A DNA stretch of 64,000 nt, taken from positions 478,663 to 542,662 of the forward strand of contig JAWKSP010000001.1 in NCBI GenBank assembly GCA_041389025.1, read 5' to 3'. Shown here one piece after another: positions 37,058-47,874 of this stretch. A program made the translations under genes and the position numbers. The stretch's first letter is position 1; each line of letters begins with the position of its first letter. The stretch is from Minisyncoccota bacterium. GTDB taxonomy: Bacteria > Patescibacteriota > Minisyncoccia > Phycocordibacterales > UBA918. Under the pieces are notes generated by a model. The model saw only the letters and a program-made list of their open reading frames with translations. It did not search any database and was not told where the DNA came from.

Positions 37058-38848
37058 TTAGGCTAAAGTGTTTATTTCTTCTTTAACTCTTTGCATAAAT
37101 GACTGATAAGCTACCTCTTCTTTGTTTTCTTTCAATCGACCAACTTCTTTAAAAGTTTCCATTTGTTTAAATTTAGCAAAATCAAAATCTTCCTTACCAA
37201 CCACCACTTGACCTTCATTATAGAAAGTAACAATTGATTTAAGAAGATTATACTGAATCTTAATTGACATATAAGCATCTTCCGGATCAAAAGCGTTTTG
37301 CATCAAGAAGTCTTCACGTAGCATACGCGCTACTTCAAGAGTAAGTTTGTCAGAGTTAGACAATGACTCCATACCAACTAAGCGTACAATCTCCATCAGC
37401 TTAGACTCCTTTTCCAGAAGTTCCATGGCTTGCTTGCGCACCTCTGCAAAATCCGGAGCTACTTCATTTTTCCAAAAGTCAGTAAAGTTATCAACGTACA
37501 ATGAATAAGAAGATAGCCAGTTAATGGTTGGAAAATGTTTCTTGTAGGCCAAATCAGCGTCTAGTGACCAGAAAGTTTTAGTCACACGTAAAGTAGCTTG
37601 TGATACTGGTTCTGACAAGTCACCACCAGGAGGTGACACAGCACCAATCACAGTCAATGAACCTTGTCGCCCTTCTGAACCCAAAGTCTCTACTACACCA
37701 GCCCGTTCGTAGAACTGAGCAGTACGTGAAGATAAGTAAGCTGGGTACCCTTCCTCCCCTGGCATTTCTTCGAGACGTCCGGATATTTCACGCATCGCCT
37801 CCGCCCAACGTGAGGTTGAATCCGCCATCAAAGCTACGTGATAACCCATATCACGGTAGTACTCAGCAATAGTAATACCCATATACACAGATGCTTCACG
37901 CGCTGCCACTGGCATATTGGAAGTATTAGCAATCAAAATTGTTCGTTTCATTAAAGGTTCACCAGTATTAGGGTCAATCAGGTGTGGAAATTCAGACAGT
38001 ACTTCAGTCATCTCATTACCACGTTCACCACATCCGATATAAACAATCACTTGCGCATCACAGTACTTAGAGATTGACTGTTGAGTCACTGTCTTTCCTG
38101 CTCCAAACGGCCCAGGAATAGATCCTGCTCCACCTTTAGCAATTGGAAAAAAAGTATCAATCGAACGACCACCAGTTAGAAGAGGACGAGATGGGAAAAT
38201 CTTTTTATTCTTAGGACGCGGTTCTCGAATTGGCCAGTATTGCAACATTGCTATCGACACCACTTCTCCACTCTCAGTTTTTATTTGAGCTATAGTTTCT
38301 GTAATATTAAAACTACCTGATTTTACTTCAGTAATCTCACCGGAAACGTTTGGTGGTACCATCACTTTATGTACAATCAATTTAGTTTCATCCACTTCAC
38401 CCAAAATATCTCCACCCGTCACTTTATCTCCTACTTTAGCGGTTGCTTTGAAATCCCACTTTTTGGTTTTGTCCAAAGCTTCTGCATCAATTCCGCGTTT
38501 TATATAAAAAGTACCAGAAGCGTCTTCAATACTTTTAAGTGGACGTTGCACTCCATCGTAAATAGACTCAAGCAAGCCTGGAGCCAAAGCAGCTGACATA
38601 GTTTTTCCGGTACGATACACCGCATCCCCTGGACCAATACCGGTAGTATCTTCGTATACTTGAATAGAAGCCACATCACCATGCAATTCAATTACTTCAC
38701 CAAGCAACATTTCCTCTGATACTTTCACCAATTCGTACAGTCTAGCTTCAGACATACCATTAGCCCGTACCAACGGTCCGGTTACACGGACGATTTGTCC
38801 GGTTTTCATTTCTGTATTTGTTTCTTGTGTATTTGTTGAATTTGTCAT
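37058..38848 (-). CDS. atpA: V-type ATP synthase catalytic subunit A (NtpA)
   Basis: 596 aa. Walker A GPFGAGKTV. Non-homologous insert region typical of A subunits. Confidence 0.92.
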   Translation of the reverse strand: MTNSTNTQETNTEMKTGQIVRVTGPLVRANGMSEARLYELVKVSEEMLLGEVIELHGDVASIQVYEDTTGIGPGDAVYRTGKTMSAALAPGLLESIYDGVQRPLKSIEDASGTFYIKRGIDAEALDKTKKWDFKATAKVGDKVTGGDILGEVDETKLIVHKVMVPPNVSGEITEVKSGSFNITETIAQIKTESGEVVSIAMLQYWPIREPRPKNKKIFPSRPLLTGGRSIDTFFPIAKGGAGSIPGPFGAGKTVTQQSISKYCDAQVIVYIGCGERGNEMTEVLSEFPHLIDPNTGEPLMKRTILIANTSNMPVAAREASVYMGITIAEYYRDMGYHVALMADSTSRWAEAMREISGRLEEMPGEEGYPAYLSSRTAQFYERAGVVETLGSEGRQGSLTVIGAVSPPGGDLSEPVSQATLRVTKTFWSLDADLAYKKHFPTINWLSSYSLYVDNFTDFWKNEVAPDFAEVRKQAMELLEKESKLMEIVRLVGMESLSNSDKLTLEVARMLREDFLMQNAFDPEDAYMSIKIQYNLLKSIVTFYNEGQVVVGKEDFDFAKFKQMETFKEVGRLKENKEEVAYQSFMQRVKEEINTLA

Positions 38849-38884
38849 GGTAATAAAATTATTATTAGTAAAATCTTTTAAATA

Positions 38885-39241
38885 TTAAATAATCGCTGCC
38901 CCTACCGCTTTCTCAGCCAACTGTCTAAGTCTAGCTTCAGCCAAGCCTTGACTACCTTTAGCACTCGGTAAAATAACCACTGCCGGCAAAGGCCCAGCCA
39001 CCACCCTACTATACTCTTTATCGTCAATTCCTTTTAATAAATCTTCAATGATACAAACCACTGCATAAACCACTCCCCCGCCAGTAACAGTCGCTTGTTT
39101 TATTTCTTTCAGTCTATCTAGCATTTCACTTGCATCATGAGCTATAATCGCCTCTACTCCCAAGGCCCGAAATCCTGACACAGTATCTGCAGGACCAATA
39201 ATGGCCACTTTATATACTAGATTTTGATCAGAATTAGACAT
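38885..39241 (-). CDS. atpF: V-type ATP synthase subunit F (NtpG)
   Basis: 118 aa; VAIIGPADTVSGFRALGVEAI motif. Confidence 0.7.
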   Translation of the reverse strand: MSNSDQNLVYKVAIIGPADTVSGFRALGVEAIIAHDASEMLDRLKEIKQATVTGGGVVYAVVCIIEDLLKGIDDKEYSRVVAGPLPAVVILPSAKGSQGLAEARLRQLAEKAVGAAII

Positions 39242-40211
39242 AAGCTTTGGTTAAATGTTTTAAAATAAACTCATTATCTTGTCCGTTTTCTTTCCCGACC
39301 AAGATAGTTTGGAGTCGTTTGGCACTATTTTGGCATTGCCAAAAATAAAATACCAAAGAGGCTGGAGAAAATATATCATGACTTAGGTCAGCTACCGCAT
39401 CGGTAAAGTACTCATCTAAAGCCAGCTCTATTAAAGTTAAATGTCCAACCTGATTATATACATCAAAAGCTTCTCTATACTTAGTCTCATTACCGAACTG
39501 ACCAATCATAGACACAACCTGATCTTTTGTTTCTATTTGTGCCAAACCGATATTTCCTCCTTCAACAAACCAATCGTCTGAAGATTGATTGATTTGTAAA
39601 GTTCTTAATCTGGTCTTGAGATTGTAGACATCAATTTGTAGTCGCAATATCTTGTCTAAAGTTAAGTCCTTAGTTGCTGTAATCATTCTTTTAGCTAGAC
39701 GAAAATAATTTCTATCAATGACAAAATCTGCTTCAGCCAACCCTTTCTCTTCAGCCGTCTTGATAGCTTCTTCGTAAATATCAACTAATTCTGGTTCCAA
39801 TCGATTAAGTGTATTATTGTTTACGTGTTCAAGCAAAGTTTCTGGTTCATACTTACTTAGTCTTGACCAACTATTTTTAAAAGTTTCTTCACTTAATCCA
39901 ACTTTTTTAGCTTTTACAAAAATCCGTAAATTATGCAAATCATAACGTATCCACAACCAATCAAACTTACTAGTCTGAGGAGCAATACTTGATATGAGAT
40001 ATTTAGATTCAAACAGACTTTTGTCCAAAGCTTTAAAAATATCTTCATTTTTTTCACCCTCTAAAAACTTTACCAAATAAGTTTCCTTTACTGCTTTAAC
40101 AAATTCTTCCCCACGTGAAGTAGTAAGTAGACGATCTACATCAGAATCACTTAATAACTCTTTAGCAAGAGCTTTGACTCGACTGACACTGTAGATGTAG
40201 GAGGTTTCCAT
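39234..40211 (-). CDS. atpC: V-type ATP synthase subunit C (NtpC; V0 d-type)
   Basis: 325 aa; operon position and size match NtpC. Confidence 0.7.
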   Translation of the reverse strand: METSYIYSVSRVKALAKELLSDSDVDRLLTTSRGEEFVKAVKETYLVKFLEGEKNEDIFKALDKSLFESKYLISSIAPQTSKFDWLWIRYDLHNLRIFVKAKKVGLSEETFKNSWSRLSKYEPETLLEHVNNNTLNRLEPELVDIYEEAIKTAEEKGLAEADFVIDRNYFRLAKRMITATKDLTLDKILRLQIDVYNLKTRLRTLQINQSSDDWFVEGGNIGLAQIETKDQVVSMIGQFGNETKYREAFDVYNQVGHLTLIELALDEYFTDAVADLSHDIFSPASLVFYFWQCQNSAKRLQTILVGKENGQDNEFILKHLTKAYV

Positions 40212-40238
40212 GTAATAAATTTAGTAAATTAATTATGA

Positions 40239-40817
40239 TTATTTACTACCTGAAAATAAAATAGCAGCAATTTCTGTTTCAGATAATAAGCGGTCTTCAG
40301 CAAACATTTTTTCTAACGATAAGTTAAACTCAAAATCCTCACCCACCAAAATACATCCGCCTTTTAATTTATCATCAGATTTTATTTCAGCCGACCAACC
40401 AAGGTCGCTTGCGACTTTTTTTGTTTCTTCAAAACGACTGTTAGGAGCTAAAACAAAAGAAATTTTTGCATCAGACGGTACCACAGATCGATATCTGTTT
40501 TTTAGTAAAGATATATAATCTTCACTGGAAATATTTAGTAGTTGTTTTAAAGCTTCATCATAAACCTCATCTAGCAATCTCCTTTTTACTGATTGTTTTG
40601 CTAAGCTAGTTTTTTGCTTTTCAAGGGAAGATACTACTGATTCTCTTTGTGATTGTTCTTTTTGTAAAAATTTCAAACTTTCTTCTTCAAGACCAGCTAC
40701 CTGCTCCTTGGTTTTTTTGTCTATTAAAACCACCTCCTCCTCAGCTTTCGCTATGATAGAAGTTGCTTCAGCCTCAGCTTCTTTTCTTATTTTGTTAGTA
40801 ATTTCTTGTAGCGCCAT
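40239..40817 (-). CDS. atpE: V-type ATP synthase subunit E (NtpE)
   Basis: 192 aa; N-terminal long coiled coil (MALQEITNKIRKEAEAEA...) plus C-terminal globular part. Confidence 0.7.
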   Translation of the reverse strand: MALQEITNKIRKEAEAEATSIIAKAEEEVVLIDKKTKEQVAGLEEESLKFLQKEQSQRESVVSSLEKQKTSLAKQSVKRRLLDEVYDEALKQLLNISSEDYISLLKNRYRSVVPSDAKISFVLAPNSRFEETKKVASDLGWSAEIKSDDKLKGGCILVGEDFEFNLSLEKMFAEDRLLSETEIAAILFSGSK

Positions 40818-40844
40818 TTAGTTGTAAGTTATTATCTTTAATCT

Positions 40845-41339
<495 letters not shown>

Positions 41340-41371
41340 TTATAAAAAATAAAGATACCTCGCAAAAACAA

Positions 41372-43366
41372 TTATCCACTGTCTTTTACGATAGTAATGT
41401 AAGACTCTTCTCGTTTTAACGGTTTAAAAGTCCTACCAGTGCCGGAGATAAACTTACCAAAGAACTCCACAAACTGCAAACGAGCACTATGAATGAACGC
41501 TCCTAAAGTATTCACCACTAGTGTAAACAAATGTCCAGCTATCAATATAAGAACAGCTAACACCGCTCCCACATAAGGAATCATATCATTAACAATTCCA
41601 GCAATTAAATTAACTGCAAAAGCCAACGCACTGGTCGCTAATCCCAAAGCTAATAGACGGGAGTATGACAAAATATCCGAAAAATAACCGATACTATTAT
41701 ATAAACTAAGTAGACTCATCTGTATTTTTCCAAAAACTCCTTCACCATTTCGACCACTAGCTACTACCACTATTGCTACCGCCAGATATACCAAAGTCAA
41801 TAACGAATCAGCTGAGGCATTTAGATAGCCAATCTTAGCAGCTCCGAAAAGAATCAATGAGACAAATAAAAGTAACCACGGCCCCTGATCCAGCAAACCA
41901 GTAAGTAGGCGTTTATTTCTAGCCTCACTATAAATCTTTAGCATCATACCAAACATTACTTGCACCACTCCCAACGATAAAGCCAAATAGAAAACCGGTA
42001 ACGGGTTACCAATAGGATCAAACTGTTGAATTGCTTGTAATGGAGCCGGTAATTTTGATGACTCTATACCTAAATATCCACCAAATAATAGACCTACCAA
42101 AGCTGAGGATAGTCCCATTAGAAATAGTAGCTTTCCAAATAATTTTATGGTCGGAGGTACCTTAAAATAAAATAGTACTAAAAGTGCTACTGCCATAAGG
42201 AAAATTCCATAACCCACATCAGTCAATGACAAACCAAAGAAAAGGAAGAAGAAACCGGCCAAAAATGGTGTCGGGTCAAGATCTTTATGAGCTGGTAAAC
42301 CATACAATCGAGTAATAATCTCAAACGGTTGAATTGACGCACTGTTTTTTAATTCTACCGGCGGTTCTTCTCCTTCCTGTAAAGCGATTTCTTCTAAAGA
42401 GTAGACTACCTTGCCTCTACCTAATGCTTCTTTAAGTTTTGGTAAAACTAATTCATTACACCAACCCTCAAACGCCACTACATTTTTAGTTGACTTGGCT
42501 ACTTTAGTTACTTCATGACGAGCTTGTCGCCACTTATATATGTCATGAGTAATTTTTAGATCATGTAAATATTTTTTTGTTAGTTCTTTAGCTCTATCTT
42601 CCAATTTGTTTTTTTCTTCCAACAAAGAGCTTTGCTCTTTGTCCAATCGTTCAACCAACTGAGCTGATGTTTCTTCACTTTTTGGTAACTGAATAAGTTC
42701 TAGTTTATTTTCTTTTATAAAATCAGTTACTAGAGATTCAGTTTTTTCATCCTTGAAGACAGTTAAAGCACAACGCTTTTCATCAATTACCTCAATATTA
42801 CTTACTACCTTATCATTAGAAAAAGTTGCTTTTAAAAGCTCAGGTAATACACCAGAGTTCTTATTGGTTTTTTCTACACCGATTTCTTTTAACTGCAGAA
42901 GGTAGGTTTTAGTATTCTTGGTGAAAAGACTATTTAAAGGAATAGTTAAATTTAACCAATCATTTAACAGCTCTTTATCTTCTTTAATTTTACGCTGCTT
43001 TTCGTTTACTAACCGCAAATCCTCTTGCCAAGTATTAACTTCATTTAATATTACTCTCAACTCTTCTTTATTAAGTCCGGCTTCCACTAAGTCTGCTTCA
43101 GTTAAATCAATGTTGGTTCCTTCAACCAACTTTTTTATAGTTCCAACCACCTCCGCATACGGAGTAAGAGCTGTCACCAAATGAGAAACGGAAGCAAAAT
43201 CAGCCGCATCCAAAGCGGAATCTTTATTTATTTCCGGCACAAAACCATCTGCTTCTATTATTTCCTGAAACTCCAGCACTTCTTTAGCTTGGGCAATAGC
43301 CAGCACTCTCTCAGCATCAGCACGATGCACCAGAAGACGAACTTTTTTTACTGGAATAACAGACAT
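41372..43366 (-). CDS. atpI: V-type ATP synthase subunit I (NtpI; V0 a-type)
   Basis: 664 aa; cytoplasmic coiled-coil N-half plus C-terminal 7-8 TM domain. Confidence 0.8.
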   Translation of the reverse strand: MSVIPVKKVRLLVHRADAERVLAIAQAKEVLEFQEIIEADGFVPEINKDSALDAADFASVSHLVTALTPYAEVVGTIKKLVEGTNIDLTEADLVEAGLNKEELRVILNEVNTWQEDLRLVNEKQRKIKEDKELLNDWLNLTIPLNSLFTKNTKTYLLQLKEIGVEKTNKNSGVLPELLKATFSNDKVVSNIEVIDEKRCALTVFKDEKTESLVTDFIKENKLELIQLPKSEETSAQLVERLDKEQSSLLEEKNKLEDRAKELTKKYLHDLKITHDIYKWRQARHEVTKVAKSTKNVVAFEGWCNELVLPKLKEALGRGKVVYSLEEIALQEGEEPPVELKNSASIQPFEIITRLYGLPAHKDLDPTPFLAGFFFLFFGLSLTDVGYGIFLMAVALLVLFYFKVPPTIKLFGKLLFLMGLSSALVGLLFGGYLGIESSKLPAPLQAIQQFDPIGNPLPVFYLALSLGVVQVMFGMMLKIYSEARNKRLLTGLLDQGPWLLLFVSLILFGAAKIGYLNASADSLLTLVYLAVAIVVVASGRNGEGVFGKIQMSLLSLYNSIGYFSDILSYSRLLALGLATSALAFAVNLIAGIVNDMIPYVGAVLAVLILIAGHLFTLVVNTLGAFIHSARLQFVEFFGKFISGTGRTFKPLKREESYITIVKDSG

Positions 43367-43375
43367 AATCTAAAA

Positions 43376-43675
43376 TTATTTGAAACGTGCCACCACACTA
43401 TCAACTACTTTCTTTTTATTTACCGAAATAGACTGTTCAAACTTTTCTAAATCAGCTTTTGTTTTTATCTCATTAGTTTTTGATTTCTCTACCAAAGCAA
43501 CCTCAAAAGTTTGTAACTCTTGACGGTTTTTCTTTTGAAGATTTTCTTTAGCTTCAGCCACTGTCTTCGCTTGTAAAGACAGAGCTTCAGCTATTAGTTG
43601 CTTAGCTTTTTCTTTTGCTTCATTAATGTTATTTTCAGCTTTCTTTTCAGCCTCAATGATAGTATTAAATGACAT
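43376..43675 (-). CDS. V-type ATP synthase small peripheral-stalk subunit (NtpF / subunit G-H-like)
   Basis: 99 aa, all coiled coil. First gene of the operon, as in ntpFIKECGABD. Confidence 0.5.
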   Translation of the reverse strand: MSFNTIIEAEKKAENNINEAKEKAKQLIAEALSLQAKTVAEAKENLQKKNRQELQTFEVALVEKSKTNEIKTKADLEKFEQSISVNKKKVVDSVVARFK

Positions 43676-43947
43676 GATGTTTACTTAAAAATATATAGAA
43701 AAATTATCACTTTTTTGACTTTATAGCAGATTAAAAACCAAGCCCAGTCATAAGTGGCACCATCTTACTATTTATAAGTGTGGTGTCAAGCAAAAAATGT
43801 TGGTATTTTGCTATTTTTAAAGACAAAGAAAAAATTGGTGACGAAATTGTAAGAAATTTGTTAAAAAACCGTCTTAAAACCATCGTCGGCACAAATTGTA
43901 CATTTTTTGCCGATGAAGTTCTTTAACCTTTAGAAGGAGACAAAAAA

Positions 43948-44520
43948 TTGACTTACCGAGTAAGTTTTAATATCCTTTTTGCTATATTTATATTTTGCAT
44001 TTGTGCCTTGGCGTTGCAAAACCAATCAAAATTTACACCAAAAAACACTGATTTTGATTTAAATTTTGATTGGTACTGGACAAACAATCATGAGCAAACC
44101 TTTACTTTTGATTGGAACTGGTTTGTCGACTGGCTAACACCAGAAGCACCGAGCGTTCCCTTACCCCCATATATAGGTAAGGTAATCGCTCCAGCCAAAA
44201 ATAGTTCGTATTATACAATACTAAAAACCAAGCAATATTTTCCGGATGTTGGAATTATGCACGAGATTTCAAAGTGTGAATCAAACCGAAGACATCGTAG
44301 TAGTGATGGAAAATTACTACCAGACAGTTTTGGAGGATCTTCTCGAGGTGCATTTCAGTTATTATTAAGAGTCCATCATTCTGATATGAGAAAAATGAGG
44401 CTAAGTCCTTTTAAGGACGATGACCATTTTATCTATCTAAGATACCTTTATGATACTAAAGGTACTCAACCTTGGTACATGTCGAAACATTGTTGGGAAA
44501 ACAAGCAACACAATGCATGA
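43948..44520 (+). CDS. Secreted transglycosylase-like (Rpf/lysozyme-like) domain protein
   Basis: TTG start with SD aggaga. Signal anchor. MHEISKCESNRRHRS...GSSRGAFQL resembles the CES...GxxGLxQ transglycosylase-like motif. Confidence 0.5.
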   Translation: MTYRVSFNILFAIFIFCICALALQNQSKFTPKNTDFDLNFDWYWTNNHEQTFTFDWNWFVDWLTPEAPSVPLPPYIGKVIAPAKNSSYYTILKTKQYFPDVGIMHEISKCESNRRHRSSDGKLLPDSFGGSSRGAFQLLLRVHHSDMRKMRLSPFKDDDHFIYLRYLYDTKGTQPWYMSKHCWENKQHNA

Positions 44521-44549
44521 TTTGTGATTATTGCAAATTTATAAATTTT

Positions 44550-44584
44550 AAACGGTGTTTCCCTTCGGGAAACACCGTTTTTTC
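44550..44584. terminator. Bidirectional rho-independent terminator
   Basis: aaacggtgtttccc-ttcg-ggaaacaccgtttttt. Confidence 0.6.
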
Positions 44585-44599
44585 TCGCCTTATTCACGA

Positions 44600-45163
44600 C
44601 TATATCTTTAAAAAACCAGTTATAACAATCTCTGGCCTACTATATACTGAAGTATGATCATAACCATGAAGCTGTTTAAGTTTTATGCTATAACCTTTAG
44701 TACTTAATAACTCATCAATAGAAGCAATATCATCTACATGCGGCTGACAGTGTTTTTCCCGTAGTAATAAATCGTGGTTAAAATAAAACATTTTTTCAGC
44801 TGTTTTTTTAGCTTCAACTCTATCTAAAGCAATGACAAAAATTTGCCTGTGTACTTCTGCAAAAATATTTTTATAATAACCACCTAGATTAACAAAAAAT
44901 AACTTTTTATTCGGATCTATATCTTCTATAGGAAAACTATTGCATTCATCCTGGATAACAACCCTATGACCACAAACCTGATCGAGACACATGTAGGCAT
45001 CTATATGCAAAGTTATTGCCGATCTCCAGAATTCCTTAGCCATAACCTTCACCTCTTCAAGGCTACCTGCCACACAAAAGAAATATTTATGTTGCTCAAA
45101 AAGATAACCTTCTTCCCTACCACCCAAAAGAACTGTATATAATTTTAAACTTTCAGAATTCAT
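44600..45163 (-). CDS. Hypothetical protein with two internal DUF1543-like repeats
   Basis: Internal duplication (KLYTVLLGGR..EQHKYFFCVA / KLFFVNLGGY..EVHRQIFVIA) resembling the DUF1543 pattern (recalled from memory, not verified). Confidence 0.4.
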   Translation of the reverse strand: MNSESLKLYTVLLGGREEGYLFEQHKYFFCVAGSLEEVKVMAKEFWRSAITLHIDAYMCLDQVCGHRVVIQDECNSFPIEDIDPNKKLFFVNLGGYYKNIFAEVHRQIFVIALDRVEAKKTAEKMFYFNHDLLLREKHCQPHVDDIASIDELLSTKGYSIKLKQLHGYDHTSVYSRPEIVITGFLKI

Positions 45164-45253
45164 CAGTATTTTCTCCTGATTTATTAGTTACGAATTTAAC
45201 AAAAGATCCATCGCTAAATTACATAAATAGATATAAGTTGTCAAAATTTTTTT

Positions 45254-45281
45254 TGACAACACACCATCAAAGTGTTACAAT
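45254..45281 (+). promoter_or_regulatory. Sigma-70-type consensus promoter (TTGACA-16-TACAAT) with a ~190-nt leader for the DEAD-box helicase gene
   Basis: ttgacaacacaccatcaaagtgttacaat. Confidence 0.4.
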
Positions 45282-45470
45282 CCCCTCACCTTAAGATTCT
45301 CGTGTGGGGCTCTTGAGCCACCATTTGGAAAGTAGACAAAACTTGTGGTTTTGTTGGAAAAATTAAAAAACTCAATTTTTTGTGAGTGATGAAATTTTTC
45401 ACCGTTTGGACCTTACTTAATTTCACACACCAAGAGACAATCTCTTGCGTTAATACAAAACAAAAAATAA

Positions 45471-46775
45471 ATGAATAATACAACTTATAGTGCTTCTAGA
45501 AGCAGTTCTAGATCAAGAAGTACTTATCAATCTAACGGAAACCGAAATTTTGGACGCAGTTTTTCTGGTCGCAGAGCGGGTTCTTCTTTTGGGCGACAAA
45601 GTCGTCCTTTTAACGGTGGTCGAAGTCGCTTTTCTAGCGGAAATAGACGTCGTGGTTCAAACCGACAAATTTCCACTTTTGATGTTTCTAAATATATAAA
45701 TCTAAATCCTGTTAAACAAACAAAAGAGATTTATACTGCTAAGCATAATTTCTCAGATTTCGCTTTAGAGAAAGACCTGAAAAAATCCATTAACGACGCT
45801 GGGCTAATTACCCCAAGTCCGATCCAAGACCAAGTAATTCCACTTATTCTTGAAGGCAAGGACGTGGTTGGACTAGCCGAGACTGGTACCGGAAAAACCG
45901 CGGCTTTTCTTATTCCAACCATTCAAAAAACTTTGGAAAATAGAAGTAATTTGACTCTAATCTTAGCCCCGACTCGTGAGTTAGCTATACAAGTGGAACA
46001 AGAATTAAGAAAATTGACTCCTAAAATGGGAATCTACTCAACTATTTGTGTCGGTGGTATGAACATAATGCCGCAAATTAAAAATCTTCGTCGTCGTAAC
46101 CACTTCATTATTGGTACTCCAGGGCGAGTACAAGATCTAATCGACCGTGGTTCAATCAAACCTGAGAAGATCACCGGTGTAATTCTTGACGAAGCAGACC
46201 GAATGCTTGATATGGGATTCATTCACGATATTAAAAAAATCTTAAAAGATGTACGTGAGGATCGTAGTACTCTTTTCTTCTCCGCTACTATGTCAAAAAG
46301 CATTGAAGGGTTGATCAATGACTTTCTTCGTGACCCAATCACTATTTCAGTTCGTAAAACCGACGTAGCCAGCAGTATTTCACAAGACGTGGTTAAGTAT
46401 GAAAGTCACCACAAATTTGACACTCTTACTCTGCTACTTAAGAAACCAAACTTTGAGCGAGTAATTGTTTTTGGAGCAATGAAACACAGCGTAGAAAAAC
46501 TAAGTCAAGAACTAAACCAAGCCGGAGTCAGAGCCGACGCCATTCACGGCAACAAGTCGCATGGTCAACGCCAACACGCTCTAAAACGCTTTAAGAGCGG
46601 ACAAGTACAGGTCTTGGTCGCTACCGATGTAGCTGCTCGCGGTATTCACGTGGATAATGTTTCGCACGTAATCAACTATGACCTGCCAAATACTTATGAA
46701 GATTATATACACCGTATCGGTCGTACCGGTCGTGGCGATAAACGAGGTGAAGCTTTAACATTTGTGCCAGCTTAA
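45471..46775 (+). CDS. DEAD-box ATP-dependent RNA helicase with an N-terminal Arg/Ser/Gly-rich disordered extension
   Basis: Q motif (ITPSPIQ), motif I AETGTGKT, motif II DEAD (ILDEADRMLD), SAT, and HRIGRTGRG. First ~70 aa are RS/RG repeats. Confidence 0.85.
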   Translation: MNNTTYSASRSSSRSRSTYQSNGNRNFGRSFSGRRAGSSFGRQSRPFNGGRSRFSSGNRRRGSNRQISTFDVSKYINLNPVKQTKEIYTAKHNFSDFALEKDLKKSINDAGLITPSPIQDQVIPLILEGKDVVGLAETGTGKTAAFLIPTIQKTLENRSNLTLILAPTRELAIQVEQELRKLTPKMGIYSTICVGGMNIMPQIKNLRRRNHFIIGTPGRVQDLIDRGSIKPEKITGVILDEADRMLDMGFIHDIKKILKDVREDRSTLFFSATMSKSIEGLINDFLRDPITISVRKTDVASSISQDVVKYESHHKFDTLTLLLKKPNFERVIVFGAMKHSVEKLSQELNQAGVRADAIHGNKSHGQRQHALKRFKSGQVQVLVATDVAARGIHVDNVSHVINYDLPNTYEDYIHRIGRTGRGDKRGEALTFVPA

Positions 46776-46906
46776 TCTTAATTATCGACAAATTTTTTGG
46801 TATAATATTTGTCTTACATGCAAATTATTTTAATTGCCATCGGTTTGTTTATCTTACTCATGATTATAAACGCTTTTTGGGGTGGTAACCCACTTTAATC
46901 TACATA

Positions 46907-47872
46907 ATGGAATACTTACTTTCAGCAATTTTAATTGCTTTCTCAGCTTTATTTTCAGGCTTGACACTTGGCTTCTTTTCTCTTAATCCGCATAATTTGG
47001 AACGCCAAGCTAAAAATGGCAACAAAGAAGCTTTGGCTATTTACCCTTTACGATCAAAAGGTAATCTGCTTTTAACCACTCTACTTTTAGGTAACGTCGG
47101 TGTAAATACCGCTTTATCTATTTACCTTGGCTCACTGGTAAGTGGTGTGTTAGCTGGTTTTATCGCTACTTCACTTATTTTTGTATTTGGTGAAATTCTG
47201 CCACAAGCGACCATGTCTAGACACGCCATGTGGTACTGTAGTCGGCTAGCTCCACTAATGCGAGTAATTATGTTTTTACTTTTACCAATTACTTATCCGA
47301 TTGCTTTTATTCTAGACAAGCTGTTAGGTAAAGAAGTACCGGTACTTTATTCAAAAAGCGAGTTAATGCAAATCGTATCCGAATTGGAAGATTCAGAGCA
47401 TAGTGATATTGATGCTGATGAAGAGAGAATTATTCATGGTGCCCTACAATTCTCACACACTATGGTGCGTGACATCATGACTCCTAAGGAGGAAGTGATT
47501 TCTTATGATGAGCATCAACGATACGATGACGAATTTATAAAGATTTTATCTGAATCAAACTTCTCTCGCTACCCAATCTACAGTGGTAATAAAGAAAATA
47601 TTGTCGGTATTTTATTTACCAAAGACTTAATAAATGAAGATCAAGACACGGCTATCTGTGATACAAAAGAAGCATTTGTTAAAGATTTCTTAGAAGTACG
47701 CCCCGGACAAAGACTCGATACCGTCCTTACCATGATGCTAAAACGTCGCCAACACATGGGAGTGGTAATGACTAAAAACAAACAGTTTCTCGGAGTGATT
47801 ACCTTGGAAGATATTATTGAAGTGATTATACAAAGTGAGATTAATGATGAAGGAGATGAGGATGAGGATTAA
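46907..47872 (+). CDS. CNNM/HlyC-CorC-family transporter (DUF21 membrane domain + CBS pair) with an acidic C-terminal tail
   Basis: 4-TM DUF21 N-terminus; two CBS domains; C-terminal DEGDEDED. Confidence 0.8.
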   Translation: MEYLLSAILIAFSALFSGLTLGFFSLNPHNLERQAKNGNKEALAIYPLRSKGNLLLTTLLLGNVGVNTALSIYLGSLVSGVLAGFIATSLIFVFGEILPQATMSRHAMWYCSRLAPLMRVIMFLLLPITYPIAFILDKLLGKEVPVLYSKSELMQIVSELEDSEHSDIDADEERIIHGALQFSHTMVRDIMTPKEEVISYDEHQRYDDEFIKILSESNFSRYPIYSGNKENIVGILFTKDLINEDQDTAICDTKEAFVKDFLEVRPGQRLDTVLTMMLKRRQHMGVVMTKNKQFLGVITLEDIIEVIIQSEINDEGDEDED

Positions 47873-47874
47873 TT

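Noticed and set aside
35079-38691. Multiple antisense or alternate-frame ORFs inside atpD, atpB and atpA
   Set aside because: All lie within strongly supported conserved ATPase genes; shadow ORFs.
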